A stretch of 64,000 nt of DNA from an uncultured Gammaproteobacteria bacterium (GCA_913020715.1 CAJVZH010000007.1:13021-77020); one strand, 5' to 3'; positions 11,174 through 20,726 are shown, counted from the first letter of the stretch. Notes: generated by a model not told the origin, from the letters alone. Translations and numbers: made by a program.

Positions 11174-11240
11174 CTATTTTTCACTAAGGCTTAGGTAGCT
11201 AAGGTATAGTTAAATACTATTCTGTTAACCTTTTTCCTCT

Positions 11241-12662
11241 ATGTCCACAACAACCTTAAATCCCGAACTTAAGTCGCAATTGAAAGATATTGTTGGTAAT
11301 GCTTTTGTTGATGACCCGGTCCAAATGGCCGCTTACGTATGTGATGCTCTTGGTCACTATGAGGCAATAGCATCAATGATATTAAAACCAAAAAATACAA
11401 ATGAAGTTTCCAAGATTGTAAGGCTGTGTTCAGAAAATAATATATCTTTTGTTCCTCAAGGGGGAAATACAGGGTTAGTGGCGGGAGCTATACCGGGGCC
11501 GGAAAAAGCCGAACTTATCATTTCACTTGAGCGAATGGACGCAATCCATGAAATTGACTCGATAAACTCTACTATGACTGTTGATGCGGGCTGTATTCTC
11601 GAAAATATTCAAAACTCTGCTGACGCAATTGATAGATTATTTCCTTTAAGTCTAGCGGCTGAAGGTAGCTGCCAAATTGGAGGAAATTTGGCAACAAATG
11701 CTGGTGGAACAGCCGTTCTTAAATACGGCAATGCCAGAGATTTGGTTCTTGGTTTAGAGGTGGTGTTGCCAAATGGAGAGGTGTGGGATGGCCTTAGAGC
11801 TTTACGTAAAGACAATGCTGGCTATGATCTTAAACAATTGTTTCTGGGAAGTGAGGGGACTTTGGGGGTGATTACTAGGGCTGTACTTAAGCTCTTTCCT
11901 AAGCCTCGGTCTGTATGTACAGCACTTGTTGCATTTCCAGATATTGAAGCGACAACCTTGCTTTTAAATCTATTGCGTGAAAAAACAGGAGACATGTTGA
12001 ATGCATTTGAGTATATGGATAAACATTGCTTTGATCTTCTTGACGAGCATTCTGATCTTTCCAATCCATTTTCTCAGTCATTTTCGCATTATGCTTTAAT
12101 AGAGTTGAGTAGTAGTCACGATAGTGACCTAAACGCAGTATTGGAAGGTGTGCTGGTAGAGGCATTTGATTCATCAATTGTTTTGGACGCCTTAATTGGT
12201 GCATCATTGACTCAAAAGCAATATTTTTGGAAGATGCGAGAAACTATACCAACTGCTTATAAAAAGCTGGGTTTTGGTGTTATATTTGATATCTCCGTGC
12301 CAGTTTCAAGCGTGCCTTTGTTTATTCACCAAGCGAATGAATTTATGAAAAATAATGCCCCAACAGCTCGCACATTGACTTTTGGTCATATAGGCGATGG
12401 CAATATTCATTATAGTGCCATGCAGCCTAAAGAGGGAGATGTGGCAGCCTTTAGGTCGTTGAAAAAAGATTTAACTGTGGGTATAAATAATCTTGCTATA
12501 AATTTGAATGGTAGTTTTACAGCGGAGCATGGCGTTGGATTTGCCAAAGTTGATGAACTGTTGCGCTATCGATCAGAGACAGAGGTTCGACTAATGAAGC
12601 AAATAAAGTCAACTCTTGATCCTCAAAATATTTGCAATCCAGGCAAGGTGGTTTCTTGGTAA
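11241..12662 (+). CDS. FAD-binding oxidoreductase, D-2-hydroxyacid dehydrogenase (D2HGDH/GlcD-like) family
   Basis: VPQGGNTGLVAG, AEGSCQIGGNLATNAGG, FGHIGDGNIH, TAEHGVG and LDPQNICNPGK. Confidence 0.9.
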   Translation: MSTTTLNPELKSQLKDIVGNAFVDDPVQMAAYVCDALGHYEAIASMILKPKNTNEVSKIVRLCSENNISFVPQGGNTGLVAGAIPGPEKAELIISLERMDAIHEIDSINSTMTVDAGCILENIQNSADAIDRLFPLSLAAEGSCQIGGNLATNAGGTAVLKYGNARDLVLGLEVVLPNGEVWDGLRALRKDNAGYDLKQLFLGSEGTLGVITRAVLKLFPKPRSVCTALVAFPDIEATTLLLNLLREKTGDMLNAFEYMDKHCFDLLDEHSDLSNPFSQSFSHYALIELSSSHDSDLNAVLEGVLVEAFDSSIVLDALIGASLTQKQYFWKMRETIPTAYKKLGFGVIFDISVPVSSVPLFIHQANEFMKNNAPTARTLTFGHIGDGNIHYSAMQPKEGDVAAFRSLKKDLTVGINNLAINLNGSFTAEHGVGFAKVDELLRYRSETEVRLMKQIKSTLDPQNICNPGKVVSW

Positions 12663-12858
12663 TTTGCCCAATATACGTGGCTTAATAAGCTGGCGTCCGC
12701 CAATTTTGAGATGCCACTCAGGGCTTATGAAAGATGCAAATTACACCAACTTAGGCTGCCTCAATGGAATATCTCAAGAGCCAGCCTGGGGCTGCAAATG
12801 GACACGCTAGAAACAACCCATTTAACTCATGAATTCTTCATAGGTCAGTAACCAGTAT

Positions 12859-13623
12859 CTAGTATTTACCACTCAATAACTCACCTGCTTCAGGAACATA
12901 AGTGCTCAAATTAAGTGATTTTAACATCTGCCAAGTAGTACAAATAGAGGAGCTAGTAACTGGTATTTGTAATATTTTTTCAACTTTGGCCACTGCGGCT
13001 AATGAAGGCATTTGCACACAAGCTGAGAGCACCAACACATCAATACCTTCCGTATCGACTTTTTTGAAGTGCTCAAGCAGGTTGTTTGGATCTTGCGCGG
13101 CAACCTCCAGATTATCTGGGATTTCAAGTGCAAGATAATCTTTTACTTTTATACCCTCTGATTCAATGTAGTCAACAACAAGTCTTGCCAAAGAGTCCAT
13201 ATAGGGACAAACAAAAGAAATGGTTTTGGCGCCCAGAGCGTGCAAGCCATCAATCAATGCGCCGGCACTGGTTACCACGGGCGCTGCCGCGTTATTTTCT
13301 TCAGTTATTTTTTGTAAGTTGAGCTGCGCATTTCGGTGGTAACCATTGCCCATTGACATAATGGCTACTAAGCAGGCATAGCCAAGAACGTCCATTCTGG
13401 CGTCAGACAGTTCGAGTGCGCAGCGGCCAGAATCAGCATCCATTGCTTGAAGCTCTTCTTTGGTTACATTTTTCATTCGCATACGACTTGAATGGAATGA
13501 AAAGCGCTCGGGTGAAATCCCTTCTCGGGCTCTAAGCATTGCTGGTATTTCGGTTTCCATTGTGACATTTGAGCTGGGCACAATTTGTCCAACTCTAATT
13601 AAGTTATTTTTCATTTTGCTCAT
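12859..13623 (-). CDS. maiA: Maleate cis-trans isomerase (Asp/Glu racemase fold)
   Basis: GQIVPSSNVTMETE, YACLVA and LSACVQMPS catalytic Cys pair, typical of MaiA/NicE. Confidence 0.85.
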   Translation of the reverse strand: MSKMKNNLIRVGQIVPSSNVTMETEIPAMLRAREGISPERFSFHSSRMRMKNVTKEELQAMDADSGRCALELSDARMDVLGYACLVAIMSMGNGYHRNAQLNLQKITEENNAAAPVVTSAGALIDGLHALGAKTISFVCPYMDSLARLVVDYIESEGIKVKDYLALEIPDNLEVAAQDPNNLLEHFKKVDTEGIDVLVLSACVQMPSLAAVAKVEKILQIPVTSSSICTTWQMLKSLNLSTYVPEAGELLSGKY

Positions 13624-14531
13624 CCTTTTATAACGGGGTTACGAATAGTGCCAATGCCCTCTATACCTGCCTCAATAATATCACCTGGCCACATCCATTC
13701 TTGTGGATCGCGCCCTGCGCCCACCCCTGATGGCGTTCCGGTGGCAATAATATCCCCTGGCTCTAAACGCATGCCGCTGCTAATATCTGCAATTAATTCA
13801 GGTATTTTAAAAAGCATAAATTTGGTATTAGAGTTTTGTTTCATCTCTCCGTTTTTCTTTAACCAAAGGTTAAGGTTGTGAGGATCTTTGACTTCATCAG
13901 CGGTGACGATGATCGGCCCCATTGGTGCGAAGCTATCCTGCCCTTTGGAAACAATCCATTGGCCCGCCCGCCTACAATCTCTTGCAGAAACATCGTTAAT
14001 AATTGTGTAACCAAAGACATGATTGAGTGCGTCTTCTTTAGGAATTGAGGATCCACCACTGCCGATAATGACTGCTAACTCAACCTCCCAATCGAGCTGT
14101 TGAGTAAGTGAGTTTCGATGCACAATCGGGCTATTCCAAGAAGTTACAGTTGTGGGTGGCTTTGTAAAAATAACCGGTTCTTGTGGAAGTTCTGCTGAGG
14201 TGTCGAGACTTCTGGCAGACTCAGCAACATGCTCAGTGTAGTTTAATCCAATGCCAAAAATATTCTTTTGCGGCCTGGGAATTGGCGCCAAAAAACGGGT
14301 ATCTGAAACCGCTGAAGTTGTACCTGCTGGCCAGTTGCCTTGATATTGCTTAATCAATTCCCCAAGTCGGGTTTTCGCCGAAATACCAGCATCGATAAAT
14401 GATTGCATGGTTGCCGGCAAATACTCGCCGGCTATTTCAGCCAAAAGATTAACATCGATAACTATATTGTCATCAATATATCCTAATCTGGCTTGTTCGT
14501 CTATTTTGATTCTGTATGTTGCGAGCTTCAT
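13620..14531 (-). CDS. Fumarylacetoacetate-hydrolase-family protein
   Basis: GIGLNYTEH, LDWEVEL, NDVSARD, SKGQDSF and PGDIIATGTPSGVG. Confidence 0.92.
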   Translation of the reverse strand: MKLATYRIKIDEQARLGYIDDNIVIDVNLLAEIAGEYLPATMQSFIDAGISAKTRLGELIKQYQGNWPAGTTSAVSDTRFLAPIPRPQKNIFGIGLNYTEHVAESARSLDTSAELPQEPVIFTKPPTTVTSWNSPIVHRNSLTQQLDWEVELAVIIGSGGSSIPKEDALNHVFGYTIINDVSARDCRRAGQWIVSKGQDSFAPMGPIIVTADEVKDPHNLNLWLKKNGEMKQNSNTKFMLFKIPELIADISSGMRLEPGDIIATGTPSGVGAGRDPQEWMWPGDIIEAGIEGIGTIRNPVIKG

Positions 14532-14555
14532 AGTTGGGTCCTATAAATATAAAAA

Positions 14556-15674
14556 TTAAATAACCTGTTGGTGTCCATTATTTTGTTGATAAGGTTCTTC
14601 GAGATAAAATCCAAGTTTATCCATCACGGGAAAATCATTAAAAGAAAATAAACAGGCGTCATCAGAAGATGAGCTGTTTTTGTGCTCGTGCCAATGCCAA
14701 GAAGGCACACAGAATATGTCTTTTTCTTTCCAGTGAAACTCCTTGCCGTTGATAATCGATGTGCCAGAACCTTTAGCCACATTGTAGATAACATTACCTG
14801 TATGTCGGTGCGCTTTAGTGTGTTCTGCGGGACGCAGCATTTGCATGGAGGCGCTCATGGTTTGCATAATATAGCCTCCGTCCTTGGGGTTACTGTATCG
14901 CATTATAATGCCGTCAAAAGGGCATCCATCAGAGGCCTTAGCGTAATTTTGAAGTCCTTCATATGTTTCATCCCAACCAAACCGCATCAGAGGTGAGTAG
15001 GGTTTAGCCCATTTGTCATTAGCCGGGATTAAACCAGGAGAGCCGTAAATTAATGGAGAGTCATTAGTGGTGTATTTTGGCGTTTGAAAAATATCTTTAT
15101 GCACTGCGTAGTAATTAGCCTCCAATGCATTGGTAAGTGGGATGTCTAAGCCATCCTGCCAAATGGACGTTTTTCCTTCGTCATTTACACCGTGATCATG
15201 CCATGTGCCATTGGGTGTAATCACAAAATCGCGTGCACCAAACTCAATCTTATGGCCGTCAACTACTGTATATGCGCCAGCGCCTTCCATAATAAATCTC
15301 AGAGCGGAAGCGGCGTGTTTGTGCGCTGAGGTTTTTTCTCCGGGTTTCATAATTTGAATGCCACTAAACAGCCAACCACAAGCGGCACTCACCTCAGTGC
15401 GTTTTGGATTTTTTAGGTAGACCACCCTCCTGCCTGCTTTTTCGGGTGAAACCAGCTCAGAAGCCTTAACGACATAGGGACGAATGTCTTCAAATTTCCA
15501 TAAAACAGGTATAGAGTGTGCTGTGGGCTCCCAGGGCTCGATGTCATTGGCAACAGTCCATAGTGCACCGGTGTTGAATTGATTCAACTCTTTATAGTAA
15601 GATTTAAGTTGATCATCATCAGTGACAATGGCGCGGCCAATTTGGTTGTCTCTACCATCCGTTCTATTGCTCAT
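14556..15674 (-). CDS. Bicupin ring-cleavage dioxygenase, gentisate 1,2-dioxygenase family
   Basis: SGIQIMKPGE-x3-AHKH-x3-ALRFIMEG and TPNGTWHDH (HxH...H Fe ligands); second cupin AHRH...WHWHEH. Confidence 0.88.
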   Translation of the reverse strand: MSNRTDGRDNQIGRAIVTDDDQLKSYYKELNQFNTGALWTVANDIEPWEPTAHSIPVLWKFEDIRPYVVKASELVSPEKAGRRVVYLKNPKRTEVSAACGWLFSGIQIMKPGEKTSAHKHAASALRFIMEGAGAYTVVDGHKIEFGARDFVITPNGTWHDHGVNDEGKTSIWQDGLDIPLTNALEANYYAVHKDIFQTPKYTTNDSPLIYGSPGLIPANDKWAKPYSPLMRFGWDETYEGLQNYAKASDGCPFDGIIMRYSNPKDGGYIMQTMSASMQMLRPAEHTKAHRHTGNVIYNVAKGSGTSIINGKEFHWKEKDIFCVPSWHWHEHKNSSSSDDACLFSFNDFPVMDKLGFYLEEPYQQNNGHQQVI

Positions 15675-15710
15675 AAATATGCCTCGTTGGTTCCAAAGGT
15701 GGTTTCTTCT

Positions 15711-17324
15711 TTATTTTTTTAGCGAAAATCGTTGGATTTTCCCTGTCGCCGTTTTAGGAATGGATTCACAAAACACTATGGATCGAGGGTACTTGTAAGG
15801 CGCAATCAACTCTTTAACATGATTTTGCAGAATCTCAATAGTTTTGTTATTTTTCGCTTGATCCGATACAAGCACAATATGCGCTTGGACAATGCTACCT
15901 CGATCTTCATCATCGACACCAATAACAGCGCATTCATCTACGAACGGATGTTGCAGAAGTGCCGCCTCAACATCGGGAGCAGCAATGTTGTACCCCGATG
16001 AAATAATCATGTCATCATTGCGTGCAACAAAATGAAATGCGCCTGATTTGTCCATGGTAAAGCAATCGCCAGTCATATTCCAGCCATTTTTTACATAAGT
16101 TGTTTGGCGCTTATCTGCCAAATATCTACAACCCGTTGGACCCTTAATCGCAAGTTTTCCAATTGTGTTCGGAGGCGCTTCATTTCCGTCTTCATCAAGA
16201 ATAATTGCTTTATAGCCTGCGACTGGTTTTCCAGTACAAGAGGCTTGGTGATTGTCGGTTCGATTTGAAATAAAAATATGGAGCAATTCAGTTGCTCCAA
16301 TGCCATCAACCAGTGGTTTGCCAGTGGTATCAATCCAATCCTGATAAATGGAGGCGGGCAAAGTTTCGCCAGCAGAAACGGCTACACGCAACGTGGATAG
16401 GTCAGCACCTTCTTTTATTGCTGATAACATCACTTTATAGGCAGTAGGAGCAGTAAAACAAATGGTGGCTTTATATTTCTCAATCATGTCTATCAGCCCC
16501 TCAGGGGATGCTTGTTCGATTAGTGTTGCAGTCGCGCCAAAACGCAGTGGAAAGACCGCCAGACCCCCTAAACCAAAAGTGAAGGCAAGTGGTGGTGAAC
16601 CAATAAAAACATCTTTAGGGGTAACTTGTAGCACTTCTTTAGCATAAGTGTCGGCGATAGTCAGTAGGTCGCGATGAAAATGCATTGTTGCCTTGGGTTC
16701 ACCAGTAGTGCCTGAAGTAAAGCCTAAAAGGGCAACATCGTCACTACTAGTTTGGACAGCATTAAAATTAACGGACTTCTCCAACGCTAACTCGTCCAGC
16801 TCGGCCTCGTGGTTTGAAGTGCCATCAAAGCCCACTATTTGTTTAAGAAACGGGCTGTCGTTCGCACAATCATTTAATTCGTCCAACAGTCGGGTATCGC
16901 AAAGGGCAAAGTGAATTTGTGCCTTGTTTACAATTTTGCTTAATTCTCCAGATCGGAGCATGGGCATTGTATTAACAACAACCGCACCGACTTTTGTCGC
17001 TGCTAACCAGCAAGCGACCATTGCGGGGTTATTTGCGGATCGAATTAATACACGATTCCCCGACTCAATCTTATACTCCTCCAACAGAACGTTTGCTAGT
17101 CGATTGCTCCAGTCTGTCAACTCCTTATAAGTTCTTCTTCGGCCATTTCCTATTAAGGCAGTGTGGTCTCCAAAGCCGCTCTCAACCATCGTATCGGTTA
17201 GTTCATGGGCAATATTTAGTTGATCAGGGTAGTTGAAATTTTCTAATAATAGCTCTGGCCATTCAGAGGCTGGCGGTAAATTATCCCTCGAAAAAGTGTC
17301 GGTGTGTTGCGTCGGATTTAGCAT
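15711..17324 (-). CDS. Anthranilate (2-aminobenzoate)-CoA ligase, benzoate-CoA ligase family
   Basis: FTSGTTGEPK, SPPLAFTFGLGG, DGIGATELLHIF and TATGKIQRF. N-terminus (HTDTFSRDNLPP...YPDQLN) resembles AbmG-type ligases. Confidence 0.85.
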   Translation of the reverse strand: MLNPTQHTDTFSRDNLPPASEWPELLLENFNYPDQLNIAHELTDTMVESGFGDHTALIGNGRRRTYKELTDWSNRLANVLLEEYKIESGNRVLIRSANNPAMVACWLAATKVGAVVVNTMPMLRSGELSKIVNKAQIHFALCDTRLLDELNDCANDSPFLKQIVGFDGTSNHEAELDELALEKSVNFNAVQTSSDDVALLGFTSGTTGEPKATMHFHRDLLTIADTYAKEVLQVTPKDVFIGSPPLAFTFGLGGLAVFPLRFGATATLIEQASPEGLIDMIEKYKATICFTAPTAYKVMLSAIKEGADLSTLRVAVSAGETLPASIYQDWIDTTGKPLVDGIGATELLHIFISNRTDNHQASCTGKPVAGYKAIILDEDGNEAPPNTIGKLAIKGPTGCRYLADKRQTTYVKNGWNMTGDCFTMDKSGAFHFVARNDDMIISSGYNIAAPDVEAALLQHPFVDECAVIGVDDEDRGSIVQAHIVLVSDQAKNNKTIEILQNHVKELIAPYKYPRSIVFCESIPKTATGKIQRFSLKK

Positions 17325-17325
17325 C

Positions 17326-17805
17326 TTACTCTCCTTTCACCACTTTTAATTTTTCTTGTTTATCTGATTTGTTTTTCAGCAGTTGTTGAGAAATTCCCTC
17401 TAAAGACTCACTTAAGTAAATCGTCTCATTCTCGGGCAAGTGCTCTAGTAACTCGTTAATCCATTCTTTGTGAGCATTTGCTTGACGAGAAAATTCAAGT
17501 CGTCCTTTTTCGCTCAGGGCAACTTTAAGAATTCGTCGATCACCTATAACCGAACTTCTATCAACTAAGCCTTCAGAGCATAGGCGGTCTACAATGCCGG
17601 TTACATTGCCATTTGAAACTCTCAGTGCTCCAGAAAGTTGACTCATTTTTAAGCCCTCTGGATTTTGACTAAGTGCGGCCATCACATCAAAGCGAGGCAG
17701 GGTTGTGTTAAAGTTTGTGGCAAAGCGCTCTCGCATCTCGGCCTCAATTAAACGGGATGTTTTTAGTAAACGCAACCACAGACGTATAGGGTTTTTTTTA
17801 TCCAT
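17326..17805 (-). CDS. MarR-family transcriptional regulator of the abm-type locus
   Basis: IRLWLRLLK, TLPRFDVMAAL, VSNGNVTGIVDRL and DRR wing. Confidence 0.92.
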   Translation of the reverse strand: MDKKNPIRLWLRLLKTSRLIEAEMRERFATNFNTTLPRFDVMAALSQNPEGLKMSQLSGALRVSNGNVTGIVDRLCSEGLVDRSSVIGDRRILKVALSEKGRLEFSRQANAHKEWINELLEHLPENETIYLSESLEGISQQLLKNKSDKQEKLKVVKGE

Positions 17806-17847
17806 AACAAGTATCCTTTTGATAAGTTTTTTTAATTTTACTAATAG

Positions 17848-20145
17848 TTAGGCCCTTAAAATCACATCCGTTTCTTTTTTAGATACGGCTCGAGCTTGTT
17901 TACTGCCTTCGAGATAGGGCAATGGCGCTTGTAGGCAGGCGTCTCCAATAGAAATTCCTTCATTAATAACCCAATAAGGATTAAGTAGTTGTGCCCTTCC
18001 AATACAAACCAGGTCCGCTCTACCTGCTAAAAGAATAGAGTTTGCATGATCAGCTTTATAAATGTTGCCTACAGCCATTGTCGGCACATGAGCCTCGTTT
18101 CTGATCATGTCTGAGAATGGAGTCTGATACATTCGACCATAAACGGGTTTACATTCATTGGAAGTTTCGCCAGATGAAACATTAATAATATCGGCGCCTG
18201 CTTTTTTGAACATTTTAGCCACTTGAAGTCCGTCTTTTGGTAAGAGGCCGGCTTCGCCCAGCCAATCATGAGCAGAGATTCGGACCGATATCGGCATGTT
18301 TTTGGTTAGAGCATTGCGTATTGCCTGAAAAACTGCCAAGGGGTAGCGCATACGATTTTCAAGACTTGCGCCATAGCGGTCTTTCCTTTGGTTGGAAATC
18401 GGGGAAATAAAAGAAGAAAGCAAATAACCATGGCCAGCTTGAAGTTCAATCATATCAAAACCAGCCGATTCTGCCATCAGCGCAGCCTTAACAAACCCCT
18501 GGCAGACTTCATCCATCTCACTCTCGCTAATTTCTTGCGGTATTGCGTTGTCACTCGACCAAGTAATTGCTGATGCTGACACCAAAGGCCAATTGCCGGA
18601 TTCTAACGGTAAGTTTGAATTTTCCCAACCAACTTGACTTGATCCGCGTCGACCAGCATGGCCTATTTGACAGCAAACTTTTGCATAAGTTTGTTGGTGT
18701 ATAAAATCCACTATCCTGCCCCATTCTTTTTCGTGATTTGGCTGATAAAGTCCGGCACAGTTTGGGGTAATACGGCCAGATTCACAAACAGCGACCATCT
18801 CAGTGCATATCAAGCCAGCACCGCCTTTGGCTCGTTCAGTATAATGAGTAAAATGCCAATCATTAACACAGCCGTTTTGGGCTTTAAAGGTAGCTATAGC
18901 AGGGAATACAATACGGTTTATTAAGGTTAAGTTGCCCAAAGTAAAGGGCGTAAACATAGGGGATCGAGTTGGTTGATTTGAGTCGACAGCCGATTGTTTT
19001 TGAAACCAGTTTTCAGCACTATTTAGCCAAAGTGGGTCGCGTAAACGCAGGTTTTCATGACTAATGCGTTGCGACCTAGTAAGTAGCGAATAACTAAATT
19101 GAATTGGCTCAAAATCAATATAGCGCTCTATATTTTCAAACCATTCAAGACTGTTTCTTGCTGCCGATTGCAATCTTAGCACCTCCACCCTTCTTTCTTC
19201 TTGGTAGCGTTTAAATGCGAGCCCCATTGAGGGTTCTGAATGTAGGTAGTCTGCCAGCGCGATAGCGCTATCAAATGCTAGGCGAGTGCCGGACCCTATG
19301 GAGAAGTGAGCAGTTGCTGCGGAGTCTCCAATAAGAACAACATTTTTGTAATACCATTTTTCACATACAATTCTTGGGAAGTTCATCCATACAGCCGAGC
19401 CCCTCAAGTGTTCTGCGTTTGACTCAAGCGCATGGCTGCCCAGGTGTTTTTTGAAGATTTCTTCACAGACCTTAACTGATTCTTCTTTTGACATGCTTTC
19501 AAAACCAGTAGCCTCCCATGTCTCCTGAGAGCACTCAACAATAAAAGTAGCGGTATTGTTGTCGAACTGATAAACATGGCCCCAAAACCATCCATGTTCA
19601 GTTTGCTCAAAAATAAAAGTAAAGGCGCCGTCAAATTCTTGCTTTGTGCCCAGCCAAATAAATTTGCAAAGCCTAGTGTCAATATTTGGCTTAAATCTGT
19701 CGTTGTATTCACCCCTTGGTTGTGAGTTGATGCCATCAGTAGCAACAACCAGATCGTATTGGTGACGGTAATCTTCAGCCGAGGCGAAGGTTTTCTCAAA
19801 TTGAAGGACAACGCCAAGCTCTCGTGCACGTTGTTGGAGTATTATTAGCAATTTTTTTCTCCCAATCCCCGCAAAACCGTGGCCACTTGAAACGATTCTA
19901 TTGCCTTTAATGGTCACGGCAAGATCGTCCCAATAAGAGAAGTTATCTCGAATTTGGTTTGCGCTTATTGAATCATTTTTTTGAAGATTTTCTAAGGCGT
20001 CATCCGAAAGTACGACGCCCCAGCCAAAAGTGTCATTTGCCTTGTTTCTTTCTATGACAGTTACCTCGTGCAAGGGATTTCTGAGCTTCATAGAAATGGC
20101 AAAATAGAGACCAGCAGGGCCGCCTCCAAGACACACAATACGCAT
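17848..20145 (-). CDS. abmA: Bifunctional anthraniloyl/salicylyl-CoA 5-monooxygenase with OYE-like oxidoreductase domain (AbmA/SdgC family)
   Basis: N-terminal GGGPAGLY, TFGWGVV, GDSAATAHFSIGSGT and YSLLTRSQRISHENLRLRD; C-terminal old-yellow-enzyme TIM barrel (GHGYLLSSFISP, SLENRMR). Confidence 0.88.
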   Translation of the reverse strand: MRIVCLGGGPAGLYFAISMKLRNPLHEVTVIERNKANDTFGWGVVLSDDALENLQKNDSISANQIRDNFSYWDDLAVTIKGNRIVSSGHGFAGIGRKKLLIILQQRARELGVVLQFEKTFASAEDYRHQYDLVVATDGINSQPRGEYNDRFKPNIDTRLCKFIWLGTKQEFDGAFTFIFEQTEHGWFWGHVYQFDNNTATFIVECSQETWEATGFESMSKEESVKVCEEIFKKHLGSHALESNAEHLRGSAVWMNFPRIVCEKWYYKNVVLIGDSAATAHFSIGSGTRLAFDSAIALADYLHSEPSMGLAFKRYQEERRVEVLRLQSAARNSLEWFENIERYIDFEPIQFSYSLLTRSQRISHENLRLRDPLWLNSAENWFQKQSAVDSNQPTRSPMFTPFTLGNLTLINRIVFPAIATFKAQNGCVNDWHFTHYTERAKGGAGLICTEMVAVCESGRITPNCAGLYQPNHEKEWGRIVDFIHQQTYAKVCCQIGHAGRRGSSQVGWENSNLPLESGNWPLVSASAITWSSDNAIPQEISESEMDEVCQGFVKAALMAESAGFDMIELQAGHGYLLSSFISPISNQRKDRYGASLENRMRYPLAVFQAIRNALTKNMPISVRISAHDWLGEAGLLPKDGLQVAKMFKKAGADIINVSSGETSNECKPVYGRMYQTPFSDMIRNEAHVPTMAVGNIYKADHANSILLAGRADLVCIGRAQLLNPYWVINEGISIGDACLQAPLPYLEGSKQARAVSKKETDVILRA

Positions 20146-20199
20146 AATTTCACACTATTTTTTAAATTCTAATAAAACAATTATACATAAATGACAAAT

Positions 20200-20219
20200 A
20201 TATTTTAAGTATAAAATAT
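20200..20219. promoter_or_regulatory. Palindromic operator candidate ATATTTTA-AGTA-TAAAATAT in the divergent promoter region
   Basis: Perfect 8-bp inverted repeat with a 4-nt spacer between abmA and the thioesterase; the same motif recurs at 34138-34157. Confidence 0.6.
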
Positions 20220-20318
20220 TAATTATAAAGGCCGGATCAACATGTGTATAATCCATTATAAGTTGCACATTGTTGGCTTAAGATAGGCACTTATTTATAT
20301 TTTTGGAATTAAGTTATT

Positions 20319-20726
20319 GTGGCATTCTCTGTTAATCAAAAAGTCCTTTTTAGGCACTGCGATCCTGCAGGAATCGTCTTTTATCCCAGGTATTATGAGA
20401 TGATGAACGATTGTGTGGAGGAGTTTTTTGATAAAACGCTTGGCTTTCCATTTAATGAACTACACGAGATTGGTGGTGTTCCGACGGCCAAGATCGAAAC
20501 CAAGTTTACCGCGCCGAGTCGGCAAGGCGATATATTGGAAATAGTGCTAAGATGCCTTAGGCTTGGGAATAGCAGCTTGAGCATACGAATAACTGCACGT
20601 TGCGGGGAAGAATTGCGATTTCAATCTGACTCAACGTTGGTGTTTATTGATAGAAGTGGCAAGCCTCAATCTTGGCATGCAAAAGTGGCACAGCTATTGG
20701 CGAAGTGTGTAAAGGAAGATTGTTAG
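20319..20726 (+). CDS. 4-hydroxybenzoyl-CoA-type (hotdog-fold) thioesterase
   Basis: FRHCDPAGIVFYPRYYEM with catalytic Asp; FTAPSRQGD. Confidence 0.9.
   Translation: MAFSVNQKVLFRHCDPAGIVFYPRYYEMMNDCVEEFFDKTLGFPFNELHEIGGVPTAKIETKFTAPSRQGDILEIVLRCLRLGNSSLSIRITARCGEELRFQSDSTLVFIDRSGKPQSWHAKVAQLLAKCVKEDC

Noticed and set aside
12616-12858. ORF 12616-12810 between convergent genes
   Set aside because: It overlaps the oxidase 3' end, has no RBS or motif, and is likely spurious.
14556-20145. Reading the locus as a salicylate -> gentisate (Streptomyces sdg-like) pathway
   Set aside because: Not excluded biochemically, but less parsimonious: the linked kyn genes supply anthranilate rather than salicylate, and that route leaves the nitrilase unexplained.
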